DNA from: Bdellovibrionales bacterium
GTDB taxonomy: Bacteria > Bdellovibrionota > Bdellovibrionia > Bdellovibrionales > UBA1609
Direction: 5' to 3'
Assembly: GCA_965203095.1 (NCBI GenBank)
Contig: OZ241877.1
Location: 1,344,001-1,408,000 of the forward strand
Length of the DNA stretch: 64,000 bases
Shown here: piece by piece, positions 9,122 to 18,274 of the stretch
How the letters are laid out: each line of letters starts with the position of its first letter
How positions within the stretch are numbered: the first letter of the stretch is position 1
The notes under the pieces: model-generated
The model's input: only the letters and a program-made list of their open reading frames with translations
The model's database searches: none
Told to the model about the DNA's origin: nothing
Program-made: the position numbers and the translations under genes

Positions 9122-10078
9122 TTAATTTTTTTGTATATGGACAGGAGGTTTTACAAGAACACCTTGAAACTTTGCCCATGTTTTATTTGCAGATCTTATC
9201 ATTTTAACTCCTGTTGTGTTCTCAAAAAATAATGTTATCAGATGATATGCTGTTAATACAGATTCTTGTAATTCGCTATCATCTTCCAGAGCTTTCACCT
9301 TAAAGTTATATTTATTCAATTTATTTTTTATTTGTGTAAGACCAATTGGACGACCATGGTTCAAGTGTTTCACATTTATAAAAAAATCGGCGACCTGTTG
9401 AGCTTTTTTCTCATCTTTCAACATATATTTTGTTAACCATTCTTGAACCATTATTTTTGAGTAATTTAATGATTTTTTAGCTTCTTCAAGTAGACCTAAA
9501 CCTAAGGATGATAAAATCGGTATCCATATTTGCATGTTGTTTGGATTTTGCTCAAAATCTTTCTTAGCTGTTTCAAACTGACTTACAATAGAATGAGCTG
9601 ATATTTGACGATTTTCTGAAAGAACAAATTGGGGATCAATGGGGCCTAAAAAAGAATGTTTGCCCATTATAATTTGATCTGATCCAAGAGCTATCATTGT
9701 TCCTGCTGACATAGCATAGGTAGGCACAATGACTTCTATATAATCAAATTTTCCTCTTAAATATTTTACAATAGATTCCGTAGCGGTTGGAAGACCTCCT
9801 GGTGTGTGCAAAATCAGAGTTAACCCTTTAGAACAATCTAATTCTCGTATGATGCTCATAAAACCATTTATGTCCTCTTTATTGATGAGAGTAAGTGTAG
9901 GAATATTCCTTGGAGCATTTTTTTGCAAAAAAGCTGATGAGTATATAATAACAGCCCTGTTATTACAGAGCTTTGAAATTTGATTTATATAATCCTTAAA
10001 TTTAGACTCGAACCAGATCTGTTTAGAGTTTTGATTAACAGATGTAAATTCATTCAATAATTCTCCCCAAGATGGCAT
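9122..10078 (-). CDS. SDH-family ClpP-fold serine protease (S49-like)
   Basis: LILHTPGG, VPTYAMSAGTMIALGSD, LGPIDPQ, HGRPI motifs. Confidence 0.85.
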   Translation of the reverse strand: MPSWGELLNEFTSVNQNSKQIWFESKFKDYINQISKLCNNRAVIIYSSAFLQKNAPRNIPTLTLINKEDINGFMSIIRELDCSKGLTLILHTPGGLPTATESIVKYLRGKFDYIEVIVPTYAMSAGTMIALGSDQIIMGKHSFLGPIDPQFVLSENRQISAHSIVSQFETAKKDFEQNPNNMQIWIPILSSLGLGLLEEAKKSLNYSKIMVQEWLTKYMLKDEKKAQQVADFFINVKHLNHGRPIGLTQIKNKLNKYNFKVKALEDDSELQESVLTAYHLITLFFENTTGVKMIRSANKTWAKFQGVLVKPPVHIQKN

Positions 10079-10081
10079 AAA

Positions 10082-10261
10082 TTAGTAGTCAGTTAAGATT
10101 TGTGTTGTTGGAATATCTTTGGAGAGGTGTTGAGCTAATTCTGTTAAGTTAGATATTTTTGTTGTTTCAATATATTTTATATATTTTTTTTCTTCAGATT
10201 TATACAATTCTTTCCAATCTGAGACTTTTTTTGAAGATTTTTTTTCTTTATTTGTTTCCAT
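10082..10261 (-). CDS. Small 59-aa protein directly upstream of the SDH protease
   Basis: Manual translation METNKEKKSSKKVSDWKELYKSEEKKYIKYIETTKISNLTELAQHLSKDIPTTQILTDY*; stop is 3 bp before the protease ATG. Confidence 0.6.
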   Translation of the reverse strand: METNKEKKSSKKVSDWKELYKSEEKKYIKYIETTKISNLTELAQHLSKDIPTTQILTDY

Positions 10262-10475
10262 AGAAAAGTTTACCTATGCCTTTATAATCTTTTTTGAATA
10301 ATCGGTCAACTTGTATAATTAAAATTATTTATTCTTCTAAAAAATAACTTAAAATCCAAAAAAACTCACCATAACTGTCTCTTTTTTTTAGAATTTACAA
10401 GTTTTTTACAAAAAATGAGAGAAACAGAGGAGGGCAAAGATAGGTTCCCCACTACTGGCAAGAGGTTAGATCAAA

Positions 10476-10847
10476 TTAATGCAGTCCTCCATGAAAAATC
10501 AGATTGAAAACCTTGTCTTTAGCACAGAAAAACAGTCTGGTTTTACTTTTTCCCTTAAATAGTTCAAGGATTTGACGCATTGTCCTGACAAGTTTTAAAA
10601 TAATACTGGCCAGCTGATTTTTTGGTTGTGATGAATAAATAAAATCGCTTAAATCCTTATGAAAGGAGACTACTTTTAATCGGGAAGTTTTTTGTTTGTC
10701 AATTAGCCAACGAATATCACGGGCCAGAGTAGTATGGCCTCTATGAGCCTCATAAGCCGCAAGTTGCAAGGCCGTTGTTAAAAACCTTTCACTATCATCC
10801 TGAAGGTGGGAGTTTATTAGGGATTTGATTTGTTCTGCAGTAGCCAT
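10476..10847 (-). pseudogene. Truncated AAA+ ATPase N-terminus (IetA-like)
   Basis: MATAEQIKSLINSHLQDDSERFLTTALQLAAYEAHRGH resembles ATPases paired with S8 proteases; no Walker A and no S8 partner; the tail runs into a repeat end near 10483. Confidence 0.65.
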
Positions 10848-10855
10848 ATCTCCTC

Positions 10856-11752
10856 CTAAGTGTTATTTTGTTGTATTAGTTTACTTTTGTCAAATTTATT
10901 TATATATCTCATTAGCAGGCCAGACTGATAAATGAGAAATTCATTTTCCGATTCCTCTATATTGCCGTCTTGATGCTTGCTGTTTTCATTAAAATACTCA
11001 TCCAAGTAATTAAAAGTTTGAAAAATGATATTTCTCACTTCACTTTTGTTGTTATTCTGTTTCAGTTTTTTTTGCAAGCTGTTTATGTTTTCTTTAAGCC
11101 CTTTTTGATTTTTCAATTTATATCGTAAAAACTCTTCAAGAGAACGCCTTAAGCTTTCAGCAGATTTTACCGGATTTTTATCTTGATAAAATTTAAGAGC
11201 CTCTTCAAAGTGTTGATTGCTTTGGTGATTTAAAAAAGAAAGAGTTTTATTGACAAGTTCTTCATCTAACTTTTTTTCTCCTTTTGGATAAAGAATGAGG
11301 CCATTTTTAAAGTCTGTAGCGACTACATCCATATCAGACATTTCAATAGCTTCTTTAACTCTTTTTATAAGGTATTGTTTTGTTTCTTTTCCACGCTTAG
11401 CAAAGCTTTTTTTCATATCTAAAGAGAGAATGACTTCAATTAACCTGTAAAATTCCTTTTCATTACATTCTGTCTCCACTCGATCAATTATCGTGATTTT
11501 ATCATTCTGCTCATTTAATTTCTCACTAATTCCATAATGTTGGCAAAAATCAAGAAAGCTTTCTTCTTTAACAATATTATCAATGCCTTTCAAGTAATAA
11601 GTCCTATATGCATCTCCCATCGTGAGGCTTATACCTTTAAAGATGTTAACTATTCTTTGTTGGAATTGTTGAAAAGCCTCTTGTGGCGTATAGGATAAAG
11701 TGATGTTCCATCTTTTATTAAAATTTTCTTTATGTTCCTTAACATTCCTCAT
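10856..11752 (-). CDS. Abortive-infection-like protein with C-terminal HEPN-like domain (AbiJ/Abi_C-like)
   Basis: HFEEALKFY...SAESLRRSLEEFLR...FNENSKH...EFLIYQSGLLMRYI helical HEPN-like pattern; SD GGAGG. Confidence 0.55.
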   Translation of the reverse strand: MRNVKEHKENFNKRWNITLSYTPQEAFQQFQQRIVNIFKGISLTMGDAYRTYYLKGIDNIVKEESFLDFCQHYGISEKLNEQNDKITIIDRVETECNEKEFYRLIEVILSLDMKKSFAKRGKETKQYLIKRVKEAIEMSDMDVVATDFKNGLILYPKGEKKLDEELVNKTLSFLNHQSNQHFEEALKFYQDKNPVKSAESLRRSLEEFLRYKLKNQKGLKENINSLQKKLKQNNNKSEVRNIIFQTFNYLDEYFNENSKHQDGNIEESENEFLIYQSGLLMRYINKFDKSKLIQQNNT

Positions 11753-11827
11753 TATTCCTCCAGTTTTGAAAAGATTCTTTAATTAATACGCTATATCAGT
11801 TCCAGCATTTGTTTTGAAATATCAGTT

Positions 11828-11902
11828 TTATACTGATTTTGTTTGAAAATTCCTGCCTTTCTTACTCTATTTTGACCGGAAAATTCAATTGTGATCAGTA
11901 TA
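11828..11902 (-). repeat. ~75-bp conserved non-coding element, copy A (inverted homolog of 14166-14239)
   Basis: Hand alignment gives 61 of 75 identical positions. Confidence 0.8.
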
Positions 11903-12172
11903 TTTCTTTTGGCCAAAATTGTTGATTCATATTTTAAAAATTTCCTAAATTTATTTTTGTTTTTTAATAGCCTATAATCAGTAAAGATAAGGATTTTTGA
12001 AACTTTGTCAAAGCTATAAGTATTTTTTTTAAATTTTTCTCTCACTCCAGCTGTGTATCAGCCTTAGCCATTGCTGATTTAGAATAAACACTTTTAGCTC
12101 TCGCCATCTCCCCTGCGGGAGTCTCGATCTTAGATTGGGTATTGTGATTGAGTTTCCAATCCTTTAAAACCT

Positions 12173-13060
12173 CTATAAAAAGTCGTGACTTGGCAATCCA
12201 AAAACACACCTGACCGCGTTGACTTGACGACCTGTTAATATAGTGCCTCCAGTAGCATTGCTTTTATACATTATGTTTTTTATATCCTTTAGAGTATGTT
12301 TATACCCTAAAGCATGCCCTAATTCATGAATCATTGTTTTTAAAGTATCTCTATAAATATTTTTTTTCCAACCGTCAAAAAGATCATCAAACTTGTCTTC
12401 ATAATCGTCAAGCAAATCTTCCCGCTCTCTTTTCCTTTCCCTCACCTTTTCATAGCATGATTGGGGAGGGTTCAGCCCCCATACCTGCTGACAAATCTCG
12501 TGTTCGTCCACATCTTCAAGCCTGTCTCTTTTTGAGTCCATAATGTCATTTGTCCTTCTCTTTGCTTGTTTGTATTCCGCTCTTTTCTTATCATAAATTA
12601 TAGGGTTAAAAACAATGTCCGAATAATACATCTCCCCTGTTTCTATATTATATTTTTGTCTTGTTTTACAATAAGCTAAGTAGTCCCCTGGTTCTAAGCT
12701 GTTTTTCATTTTCTCATAATGAGACTCGTCTGATTCAATATAAATTATTGAGCCATCGTTTAAACTTTGATCTTCATAATCTCTGGCGTCCCTCATCTCA
12801 AACAAGTCAATTCCTATATGATCGGATAACAACTCAGAGGCTTCCTTTGCTATTTTTAATAACTCCGGGCTAACATAAAAAATAGCTTTTTCTCTTCTGT
12901 GGAGGTATAAATCTCCTGCAATTTTTATAAAAGGACTAAAATCACATTGTGTTTGTGGGGAGGATTGACTTTGCATAATAAAACTTGATGGATGTTCTCG
13001 AGCACAACTCAAACAAACCAGCCCCATAAAGACAAAAAAGATTTTTATGAGAGTTTGCAT
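12173..13060 (-). CDS. Lipoprotein metzincin (matrixin/M10-like) metalloprotease
   Basis: Lipobox CLSC, HELGHALGYKH zinc motif, Met-turn NIMY. Confidence 0.8.
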   Translation of the reverse strand: MQTLIKIFFVFMGLVCLSCAREHPSSFIMQSQSSPQTQCDFSPFIKIAGDLYLHRREKAIFYVSPELLKIAKEASELLSDHIGIDLFEMRDARDYEDQSLNDGSIIYIESDESHYEKMKNSLEPGDYLAYCKTRQKYNIETGEMYYSDIVFNPIIYDKKRAEYKQAKRRTNDIMDSKRDRLEDVDEHEICQQVWGLNPPQSCYEKVRERKREREDLLDDYEDKFDDLFDGWKKNIYRDTLKTMIHELGHALGYKHTLKDIKNIMYKSNATGGTILTGRQVNAVRCVFGLPSHDFL

Positions 13061-13087
13061 TGATAATACCTATCCCTATAATATATT

Positions 13088-13927
13088 TTACAGCTCCATA
13101 AAAAGTCGTGACTTAAGCAATAGCACATCTTGTCTACATTTGTGGTATTTTTGTCGACAATAAGTGTTGCAACTCCCATTGTTAAAAGCTTGTCTTGCCC
13201 AACATTGCTCATAGTCTCTATCTAAGTCAGGCCCCATTGTGTGCGAATACCGATTAGCCTGTCTTCGCCGGATCGCCTCATTAAGCCTTTGTTGGCATTG
13301 GTATCTTTGGTCGCAATCAGTTTGGCAATTCATGCGAAAAGAATCGCAGGTTTTCATACGGCTGGCTATTGCCCTCTCAATCTCTCTTTTGTTTCTCTCT
13401 CTGGCTTCCCTTCGTTGTTCTGCTTCTCTCTCTGCCCGGTCATTCGCTCTTCTTATTGCATCTGTTGCCTCTGCTATTGCATTTCTTTCCCTCTCTCTGG
13501 CTTCCCTTCGCCGTTCAGCCTCTCTCTCCTCCGCCTCCTCCTCTTCTCGTTTCTGCCTTCGCAGATCCCCTTTTATTATCTCTGATCTGTCATCATCAGG
13601 GACATACATATCACTATTGCTTTGTTGATCTGTGTCTCTATTAGGGATAGCTAAACTTGCTTGATTAAACGCTGTGGCTATAGCATTTTGTCCGGCTTTC
13701 TTACATTCATTAGTAGAAACAAAGTTATAAAACTTATAATAAGAACAAAGCTTATCTATTCGGCTTGTAGCATTACTCTCAAAACATTCTTTTTCAAAAC
13801 TACACTCTTTGTTAATATAGCGAAAGTCTTTTTGAGTTTGTTCAACCCAGTCTTTGTTGGCAGGCCCCTGATTAAGAGACTGAAAACAGCTGGAAAGTAT
13901 AAATAAGGATAAGAGCAAAAAATACAT
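13088..13927 (-). CDS. Cys-rich lipoprotein with charged coiled coil
   Basis: Lipobox LSSC; duplicated EREAExRREARER; C-terminal CxxxC pairs. Confidence 0.7.
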   Translation of the reverse strand: MYFLLLSLFILSSCFQSLNQGPANKDWVEQTQKDFRYINKECSFEKECFESNATSRIDKLCSYYKFYNFVSTNECKKAGQNAIATAFNQASLAIPNRDTDQQSNSDMYVPDDDRSEIIKGDLRRQKREEEEAEEREAERRREARERERNAIAEATDAIRRANDRAEREAEQRREARERNKREIERAIASRMKTCDSFRMNCQTDCDQRYQCQQRLNEAIRRRQANRYSHTMGPDLDRDYEQCWARQAFNNGSCNTYCRQKYHKCRQDVLLLKSRLFMEL

Positions 13928-14165
13928 GGCCTAAAGCCTTATCGTCTAAATTTGGTCAAAAACTTAAAGTTTTTTTATGAAAAAGCTTAAAAAGTGTCTC
14001 ATTTTGGCTTGAAATTAGGTAATTTTAAGTATTAGAAGGGAAAATGGGGTATTTGTTGGGAAACATGGCAAAAACCGCAAAAATATGGTTGATTTTTCTT
14101 ATTTTTTTGAGAGTTTTTTGAGGGAAGCCAGTTTTTTTGTTTTCATTTTTCTAAAAAATTTTGGT

Positions 14166-14239
14166 TATACTGATCATATTTAAAATTTCCGGTCAAGACA
14201 GAGTAAGTAAAGCAGATCTTTCAAACAAAATTGATATAA
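14166..14239 (+). repeat. ~75-bp conserved non-coding element, copy B
   Basis: tatactgatca...tttccggtcaa...agagtaag...gcag...tttcaaacaaaat shared with the reverse complement of 11828-11902. Confidence 0.8.
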
Positions 14240-14247
14240 ATAAATTC

Positions 14248-14293
14248 AGCCCCACTGACTTTGACTTTTCAAGGTCTTCAGTTGGGTTTTTAT
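14248..14293 (+). terminator. Putative intrinsic terminator after copy B
   Basis: ccc-actga...tcagt-tggg imperfect stem followed by a T run. Confidence 0.45.
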
Positions 14294-14440
14294 ATGGAAA
14301 AGTGTATTAGCCTCTATTTCTCTACATTTTCTGAAAAAAATTATTTAAACCATCTTGACTCTTTTAAAAAAAGCCACATAGTTAGTTATGTGAACCCAGA
14401 TAGTCAAAGTAGGTTTTATTTATAAAATTAGGAAAACAAC

Positions 14441-14959
14441 ATGTCCCATGAAAGAAAAAAGAAAGGTCAAAAAATAGATTGGAAGACATGGCTTAAAAAA
14501 TGGAAAATGGACTCTTTAAAAATTTCTTTGCCTTATCTTCAAATGGAATGGAAACCAAATAATGCAGATAAAAATGCCTCTTGGGATCTTTATATTGAAC
14601 TGCTGACCAGAATAACTACACAACCTCTGCCAGTTAAGCATGGAGACGAAAAAACAGCTTTAGACAGTATATATTCCCTTTTTAGCCTTACCAGATCTAT
14701 CATCAAGTCCCATAAAAGAGATTGTATTGAATTTACAAAGATAGCTATTATTATTCTCAACCAGATTATTAGGCCGTTTACAGCAAAATGGCATAAGATC
14801 TCTATTGAAAAAGGATTTAAGGATACAAATAACTGTAAAAAATTTCGTAAAGAGTTGCTTCAACTCCAAAAACAGCTTTGTATTTATACAAAAATGCTTG
14901 CTGACATGGCCGGAGTGGAAGACTTGACAGAACTTGAGGGTAAGAGTTTATTAAACTAA
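14441..14959 (+). CDS. Uncharacterised predicted-helical protein, upstream partner of the TIR gene
   Basis: 172-aa ORF (ASWDLYIELLTRITTQPL, LNQIIRPFTAKWH); 14 bp from the TIR gene. Confidence 0.75.
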   Translation: MSHERKKKGQKIDWKTWLKKWKMDSLKISLPYLQMEWKPNNADKNASWDLYIELLTRITTQPLPVKHGDEKTALDSIYSLFSLTRSIIKSHKRDCIEFTKIAIIILNQIIRPFTAKWHKISIEKGFKDTNNCKKFRKELLQLQKQLCIYTKMLADMAGVEDLTELEGKSLLN

Positions 14960-14973
14960 GAAGGAGAAAAACA

Positions 14974-15630
14974 ATGCACAAAGTATTTATTAGTTATCAT
15001 CATCAAAAAGATCAGTATTATAAAGGAGAGCTTTTAGAAATAAATAACTACTACAAGCAAATGTATGGCAATCCTATATTTATTGATAGGTCTGTAGATA
15101 CAGGAGATATATCAGAAAATCTGTCTGATGAGAATATTCGGCAAAAAATCAGAGATGAATATTTACGGGATTCCACAGTGACAATTCTTCTTTTGGGAAC
15201 TGAGACAAAATACAGAAAACATATTGATTGGGAGATATATTCCAGCATGTATGATGGAACAGTGAACAAAAAATCAGGAGTTTTAATCATTAACTTGCCA
15301 ACTATAAGTGATTCAGTTCGAGCAGGACATAGAGAACAAAAAAATGTTTATCCAGAAATAACTGATTGGACATCTTTTAAAACAAGAAAAGAATATGAAG
15401 ATAATCACCCTAATATGCCTGAAAGAATCATTGATAACTTAGTTCATCCCGGAGCAAAAATATCTGTCACTAACTGGGATAAGATTACTGATCCAAAAGT
15501 ATTAAAATTCTTGATTGATGCTACATTTGAAGACAGAGTGAACTGTGAATATGATTTAAGTAGGCCAATGAGACGGCAAAATACTAACTCATTTAAATCT
15601 CATGATATTTCTTTTTCACCAGATCTATAA
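14974..15630 (+). CDS. TIR-like domain protein (MTH538/DUF1863, ThsB-like)
   Basis: HKVFISYHH, IRDEYLRDSTVTILLLG.ET..RKHIDWEI with the conserved catalytic Glu; SD AAGGAG. Confidence 0.85.
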   Translation: MHKVFISYHHQKDQYYKGELLEINNYYKQMYGNPIFIDRSVDTGDISENLSDENIRQKIRDEYLRDSTVTILLLGTETKYRKHIDWEIYSSMYDGTVNKKSGVLIINLPTISDSVRAGHREQKNVYPEITDWTSFKTRKEYEDNHPNMPERIIDNLVHPGAKISVTNWDKITDPKVLKFLIDATFEDRVNCEYDLSRPMRRQNTNSFKSHDISFSPDL

Positions 15631-15825
15631 TGAAAAAAATTATAATTGATTTTTGTTTGAATTGTGGCACTTCTTAAAAAGCTCATGTTTTTTGGAAACT
15701 GAATTATTAGGAAGCTTCCTTAAATTTTTTGGTTCATGACACTTTAAGCTATTTGTGATATTGAGATAAGAGAAATTAGCAGAAAATTAATTTTAAATTT
15801 GAGAAAATTTATAAAAAAATCAACT

Positions 15826-15928
15826 CCTGACTTCCGCATTTTGTGATCAAGAATCCAGTATGATCAAGGCTTTGCGTGGAGGCTTGGGTCACTACATTCA
15901 AGACTTTAGTTTGTGATATTGGACATAA
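15826..15928. mobile_element. Solo end fragment of the IS1634-family element
   Basis: cctgacttccgcattttgtgatcaagaatccagta...gatattggacataa is near-identical to 6952-7055. Confidence 0.88.
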
Positions 15929-15964
15929 GTTGAAATTTGTCCGTCCTCAAGCCAAAATCCTTTT

Positions 15965-16516
15965 ATGAAATATCGATCAGTCCCTAAAACAAGTCACCAA
16001 CAGCGAAAAGGCACTTCCTTCACATTTCACAAACAAAAAAAGCCATCCAATCGTAAAAAAAAACTTGAAGTGGTTTTTTCCTTTACTGTGGTCATTATTT
16101 GTATTGCCCTTTATATAGGATTAGAAGTTTATGAAAGCGACAAATATCCAAAACTATCTCAGTTTGGCCTCAATGAGTGGTCTGTCATCTGTAAAAATGA
16201 GAATCGATCCTATTATTTGCTCTCTGATATTAATTGGAATCAGGCTGAGCTAAGTAGTCGGTATCTAAAATTTTTAAATAAAAAAAAAGAGGAACTTTAT
16301 TACACATCTTGGTTTGAAAAAAAATCTTTAGATAAAGATGGAGTTTGGCGTTTCACTTATAATCCAAAGGATATTAGAATGTTTGTTGAGAAAGATCAGA
16401 GTCAGGTTTTAAAAGGAGATGAAAAGATCTTTGAAATAGCCGAAGATTTTAACTCAATGACTGTAATCACCACAACAGAAGAAAAATTGACATTATCCTG
16501 CCAAAGGATCCAGTGA
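15965..16516 (+). CDS. Hypothetical single-pass membrane protein
   Basis: Basic N-terminus then hydrophobic VVFSFTVVIICIALYIGL. Confidence 0.6.
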   Translation: MKYRSVPKTSHQQRKGTSFTFHKQKKPSNRKKKLEVVFSFTVVIICIALYIGLEVYESDKYPKLSQFGLNEWSVICKNENRSYYLLSDINWNQAELSSRYLKFLNKKKEELYYTSWFEKKSLDKDGVWRFTYNPKDIRMFVEKDQSQVLKGDEKIFEIAEDFNSMTVITTTEEKLTLSCQRIQ

Positions 16517-16605
16517 CTATTTCGGTAGAAAACCAAAAATCAAAGGCTTTTGAGCGGATTTTTTCACGAACGACTAAAAAGATAGAGGTATTTAAAACAA
16601 AACAA

Positions 16606-17988
16606 TTACCTGTATTTTACAAGTGAGTTCTTTAACCAAGCGAGAGCAGATTGTTCGTCTTTTTCAATAGCCATTTCCACTGCTTTTTTACTGCTCTCTA
16701 ACAATCTTTTTGATTTTTTATGCAAATTCAGAGATTCAACAATTATTTTTTGGATATGATCTTGGTTTTCTTTTGATAAAATAGGAATCAATGTTTGTTT
16801 TATTTGTTCCGGCTTCCAATGCAGGATTACAAAACCACTAACATCTCGATTCATTTGCTCTTTTGTCATAATTGAATTGAGAATTAAAGTTAAACAGGCA
16901 CTATTGATTTTGTTTGACTTGTTCTGTAATCGGAGTATTCCACTTGAAATAATCATTTTCTCAGGCTGTTCTTTTAAATAATATGCTATGCCGGGAGAAG
17001 CATCTTTTGTTAAAAGTATTTCCTCTGTTTGTGGTTGGTGTTTTCTTATTTTAGAATATAATTGATAAGAAATATGTTTTCCTTTTATAATTTCTTTTAC
17101 TTGTAAATTGCTTACACGGACATAAGGGATACCTTCTTCAGAATATTCTGCTTTTCCCACTTCAATGCCTTTAGTCATACTCACCAAATTTCCCAAACTG
17201 TCCCAACCTCCTTTATAATTTTTGATGGCTTTAATAATCTCCTCATACTTTGGTTGAAAATACTCTGCATCTAAGCGATCAGCTCGCTTTATATCAGAAT
17301 ATGGTTTGATAAAAGTTAGCTGGTGCTTAGGCTGGTAATCTGTTAAAGCCAATTCAGAAAGCAGAATAGATTGGGCTTCTTCAAACATGGTTTTGGATTT
17401 TTTTACATAAGAAATAGCTGTTTGTATACATTGTTTTATTTTTTCTCTAAAATTTTTAGAGGGGATAAATAAAGGCATATCTAAAATGTCTCTATTGGAA
17501 ATTGCCGGATACATAGTGGCTTTATTTGCCCGCAATAAATACTGAATAAAATAATTGGTTTTACAAAAAGTAAAAAGATATTCTGGTTCTATATCTTTTG
17601 CTCTTAAAATTGAAAGACCGCTACTTCCAACAAGATCATCTCTATCAATAAAAGCCACAGCATTTCTGTTAGGCCGAACAGTGGAAATGGCAACATCACT
17701 CTTTTTTAAAATATAATGTGCTCTGTCAGGCTCTTCCCCTTGTTGAACTTGCACAGTTTCATATCCAAAACTATTGAGAGGGATTTTAGAGATTTCCAAA
17801 TACTCAAAATCTCTTTCTATAGGATTTGATTTAATGTTAGATATATTCCAAAAAACAAAATCTTTTATCCTGTTTTTATCAGGAACTAACTTGCTGTTTC
17901 TGATAAAAAGAGGGTGCCAATACTCTGCATCCATTCTCCAATCAAAAGTTTGCTGGACTTCAGATAAACAAACTATAGAATATTGCAT
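16606..17988 (-). CDS. Restriction-modification specificity (S) subunit, two TRDs
   Basis: Duplicated RMDAEYW/RLDAEYF, ATMYPAIS, LIPILSKENQ, helical spacers. Confidence 0.85.
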   Translation of the reverse strand: MQYSIVCLSEVQQTFDWRMDAEYWHPLFIRNSKLVPDKNRIKDFVFWNISNIKSNPIERDFEYLEISKIPLNSFGYETVQVQQGEEPDRAHYILKKSDVAISTVRPNRNAVAFIDRDDLVGSSGLSILRAKDIEPEYLFTFCKTNYFIQYLLRANKATMYPAISNRDILDMPLFIPSKNFREKIKQCIQTAISYVKKSKTMFEEAQSILLSELALTDYQPKHQLTFIKPYSDIKRADRLDAEYFQPKYEEIIKAIKNYKGGWDSLGNLVSMTKGIEVGKAEYSEEGIPYVRVSNLQVKEIIKGKHISYQLYSKIRKHQPQTEEILLTKDASPGIAYYLKEQPEKMIISSGILRLQNKSNKINSACLTLILNSIMTKEQMNRDVSGFVILHWKPEQIKQTLIPILSKENQDHIQKIIVESLNLHKKSKRLLESSKKAVEMAIEKDEQSALAWLKNSLVKYR

Positions 17989-18116
17989 GTTTTATCCCCT
18001 CTGTTTTTAAAACCTGTTGTATTTCTGTTTTCCTAATTACAATTTTCTTTGTTGTTTTACTGATCCTATTAAAACAGAATAGAAAAAGCAAAACTTTTTC
18101 AAACAAAGTCAATAGT

Positions 18117-18273
18117 TAGTCGTCCGTGAAAAATCTGGACAAAAAATCTCATCCTCTTTTTCCTGCTTTTGTCCAAAGGCCATTCGGTGATGGTCCAAGG
18201 TATTCCCGTCCCGAAATGGAATGGTCCTTTGGACAAAAAAAGTTAAAAAACAAAGGTTTTTCACGGGCGATTA
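18117..18273. repeat. MITE/REPIN-like modular repeat, complete copy
   Basis: Ends tagtcgtccgtgaaaaa / tttttcacgggcgatta; internal hairpin about 18167-18238. Confidence 0.85.
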
Positions 18274-18274
18274 G

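Noticed and set aside
8925..9125. 66-aa ORF as a possible AbiEii toxin
   Set aside because: No nucleotidyltransferase motif; it starts inside a repeat terminus and overlaps the convergent protease stop
11791..12045. 84-aa minus-strand ORF
   Set aside because: Low-complexity AT-rich frame spanning the conserved non-coding element; copy B has an indel relative to it
13239..13644. Several plus-strand ORFs
   Set aside because: Antisense shadows of the charged coiled-coil lipoprotein; the same applies to most short nested ORFs in the track
14186..14216. GGTCAAG...AAGCAG resemblance to SRP RNA domain IV
   Set aside because: Lacks the GNRA-capped helix and GC-rich stem, and occurs as two diverged copies
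6952..15928. Composite transposon between the IS and the solo end
   Set aside because: The intact IS has its own target duplication and the distal outer end is missing
18181..18220. TGATGG...GAAA in the repeat loop as a hammerhead ribozyme core
   Set aside because: Does not match CUGANGA and no stem II can form
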